A stretch of 63,981 nt of DNA, filler included, from Basidiobolus ranarum (lineage: Eukaryota), in assembly GCA_040143965.1 (NCBI GenBank). It is 4 parts of 4 records of this genome, joined end to end, with 100 filler letters (N's around TTAATTAATTAA, not from the genome) between each part and the next. Parts side by side here need not be neighbours in the genome. Positions count along the whole stretch, not along the records: positions 48,463 to 63,981 come from JASJQH010000375.1; 3 more parts are not named here. One strand, 5' to 3'. This document shows positions 61,261 through 63,981 of the stretch, piece by piece. The position numbers and the translations under genes were made by a program. Under the pieces are notes generated by a model that did no database searches, was not told where the DNA came from, and saw nothing but the letters and a program-made list of their open reading frames with translations. The first letter of the stretch is position 1, and each line of letters starts with the position of its first letter.

Positions 61261-63506
61261 GATGTTGCTTAATTTGCAATTGTGTACACACTTATACATA
61301 TTCATCATAATTTTATACATAGACATAAATGACCTGTATATATCATTTCTAAAATTAACCGTATTTCTATACGCTAACGCTTGCAAATAAACCCAAATAA
61401 TCGCTACTACTCCTTACCATATCTGCTTCTATTTGGCCTGCGTACGCGGTGCTCGTGTTAAACGATAGATAATGCTGAAACTATCCTACTTCCTAAATCG
61501 TGATCAGTGGCGCAATTTCAATCTGGACCCAAACTATTTAGTGTGTAATTTCACCAGGGCCCTCGGATGTAAAAATACCATTGGATCGAGTCAGCGCATT
61601 GCAACTAGTTGTGTTGAATAAGATTGTCATTGACAATGGTTGATCAACTTCTTCAACCTGTCTAGAGCTTAGCGTTGTATCAACCTATTTTTAAAAAGTA
61701 CCATTTGTTTCGGAACTCACAATGAGTAACCTGCACCTACGGCTGAGAGTATTATTATAGCCTGTCATTTAGCAAGCATTACTCATATTACGGGAGCTAA
61801 TCAAGGATGGTACATGTGTTATTTATAGGTATGCTCATTTGTCAAGTTTCAAGATCAAAGTCTGACTAAATATCGATGATAATGTAAATTCAGCAGACAT
61901 TTAACGGTTTGGTATTTGATTTTAAATCTACCGTCTAGAAAGACTTTGATCTCTGTAATTTTGAGCGTTATTTCTACTCTACCCATCGCCAACAGAATTC
62001 CTACAGAATTGCCTTTGTTCCCCGCAAACGATCTACTTAGTGTTATGGTTCCATTTTCTGATGGAATCTCGATCATTTTCCCACGGCCTGAAGGCGTATT
62101 TCCATCAATTAGCAAAATCCTACATTGTTGGCCACCCTAGTATAATTCAGCACGTTGTCTACATGGGTTGAAGTTGGCTTTCCTCATGTAAAGCCAGATT
62201 ACTGAAAAATTGTCCTATATTGAGATCTTACTTTCCTAACTAGTATCGTTACAAAGAGCCAAAGGCCATTTCAGATATAGGTGGCTTAAGATGATTCTTT
62301 TTTTTGCCGCATCTTAAGATCCGAATAACATTAATTTAGTTCAACACATAAAGGCATATCTTCCCGGCTCCCAAACCAGAATTTAATTTTTGTACACTGG
62401 TTTAGCATGCTATTATATGGAATGATAACAAGCAAATAAAATCTATAATCGAATGTGTATGATTGGTTATGGAAATATCAGTGCACCCACACTTCCGTAG
62501 AGGATTCGGTTTTCTTTTCGGTTTTTACCGAAATACTCTCCACTCGGTTATTGTTTTAATGATTAATTAATCACACAAGAGCCGTTGCGTTTCTTGGACC
62601 GATATTTTCAATGTTTTCCTAAACTGTATCCCATTAAAGTTGTATTGTAGTGATCTTTCCTTCATATTAGAGATGTCTATAGTGCCATCTCGTATCTCGT
62701 GTCAACTTCGTTATCTCATGGCTTCGGTTGATACGCTACTTTGAGCTTATTTAAAGTCTTCATCACTAGACTATATTTTAATACTACATAGAAGTGTTAA
62801 AATCAATGTAGTACACATTAACCGTATATTAATTGAATCAAATTTTATTGACAGATTGCAGTGCCGCAGCTTTATCCGAAGGCCACAAAGTGAGACCCAT
62901 ACATACTCTGGGCCAGCTAGCGCAAACCAATACCTCCTTTAATGTTTCCCCCACATAATCATCAGGATATTATGTTTTGTATTCCTATACTTCTCTAGCG
63001 AATAATACTTCCTAATTTCTCTAAAAGTTCTTACTTGCAATAAAGTGTATATTCAATACCTACTTCTTTAAGCGCATCACCAGAAACTTCTGCTTCTCTC
63101 AAACCCTATCACTCGTAAGTCTGGTATTACTAGAATGTTGGGAGCTTGATCAATAATTCTTTGATCTCAATATGTGTAACAGGACCAATAAAACCTTGTG
63201 GTTTGGGCAATAATTAACAAGTATCATATATGCTTGTTACATAATCTCTCAGATGATTATATTAGGAATATGCAAAAACACTCTATGCGGAGTTTTCTTT
63301 TTCAACCTCTCTTCCTTGAATTTACATTTCATCAAAGTTGTAAGATTGGGCATATGGAATACTTGTATCTAGATTGTATTGCATCTTTACTTTCTTACTT
63401 CATGCCTGGAAAGTTAACTACAGTGATTGCTTAACTCGTGATATCAGTTCTGCAACTAATAGTATATTTTGTATTAATACCTAGCTATAAGCATGTCCCA
63501 TGGATA

Positions 63507-63869
63507 TGTTGAAGGTAGTATAGCCTGAATATCTATATAGTCATATATAGCTTGGTATTTAGCTAATCCATATTTCACCAAGATATCACCCACTATTCTC
63601 AAGACGAAATTACTTAGAAATTTGAAGATATATAGATATTTTAAACTTGTGCTAGAAGCTCTAAACCTTGAACACATGTTCCTGAGACATTCCTTAACAC
63701 ATTCCACATGTTAGTTTGCTTACCTATTGATAAAATTAGAAATGTCCACTTTCTACTCGATAAATCAATAAGTGAAAACCACCAATTTCTCTAATTCTCC
63801 AAACTACTTCCAACAGGCTCCTAAAATGCTTTAACACCACTTCCAACAATCTCCCAAAATACTTCAACA
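63507..63869 (-). mobile_element. Solo-LTR-like repeat copy with a tandemly duplicated terminal ~33 bp
   Basis: Reverse-complement family match; ends ...GCTTTAACA-CCACTTCCAACAATCTCCCAAAATACTTCAACA; flanks GGATA/GGATT. Confidence 0.7.
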
Positions 63870-63981
63870 GGATTGTTGGATAATTAATCTTTATTCAACA
63901 TCATAGTTAACTTTAGTTATGATACATATATCAGAAACAGAAAGCAACATATCTATAGCCCCTATATTCTAAATAGGAATA

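Overview
Eukaryotic, AT-rich, short-intron DNA. The gene content (CHD7/Kismet-type remodeller, WRAP73, TTC1, ACOT9, Cch1, Tbf1) suggests an early-diverging fungus, e.g. Zoopagomycota/Mucoromycota (inference). The window is four separate ~16-kb contigs joined by artificial N-TTAATTAATTAA-N linkers (16097-16196, 32236-32335, 48363-48462), so no synteny should be read across them. Most genes are housekeeping: CTL/Pns1, CHD, WRAP73, two hot-dog thioesterases, Smr protein, CCH1, INO1, Tbf1-like, TTC1, MRT4, PAK kinase, CPT1/EPT1, alpha-arrestin. Highlights: (1) an apparently non-coding spliced host gene at ~12.2-13.4 kb (- strand) whose five introns each carry a copy of one double-guide box C/D snoRNA (SNORD33/snR55-like, plus a second guide to the 18S site equivalent to human Am1383); (2) a tandem array of at least 3 secreted proteins with a CFEM-like head, His-rich mucin stalk and CBM19-like tail, homogenised at their 3' ends; (3) a divergent-tail histone H3 variant; (4) a secreted precursor with repeated Kex2 sites and cationic amphipathic segments; (5) an Smr protein with both myristoylation and CaaX motifs; (6) a ~330-bp TG...CA solo-LTR-like repeat family in which one end is repeatedly duplicated or inverted. 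Exon boundaries were read by eye and family calls come from recalled motifs, not database searches.
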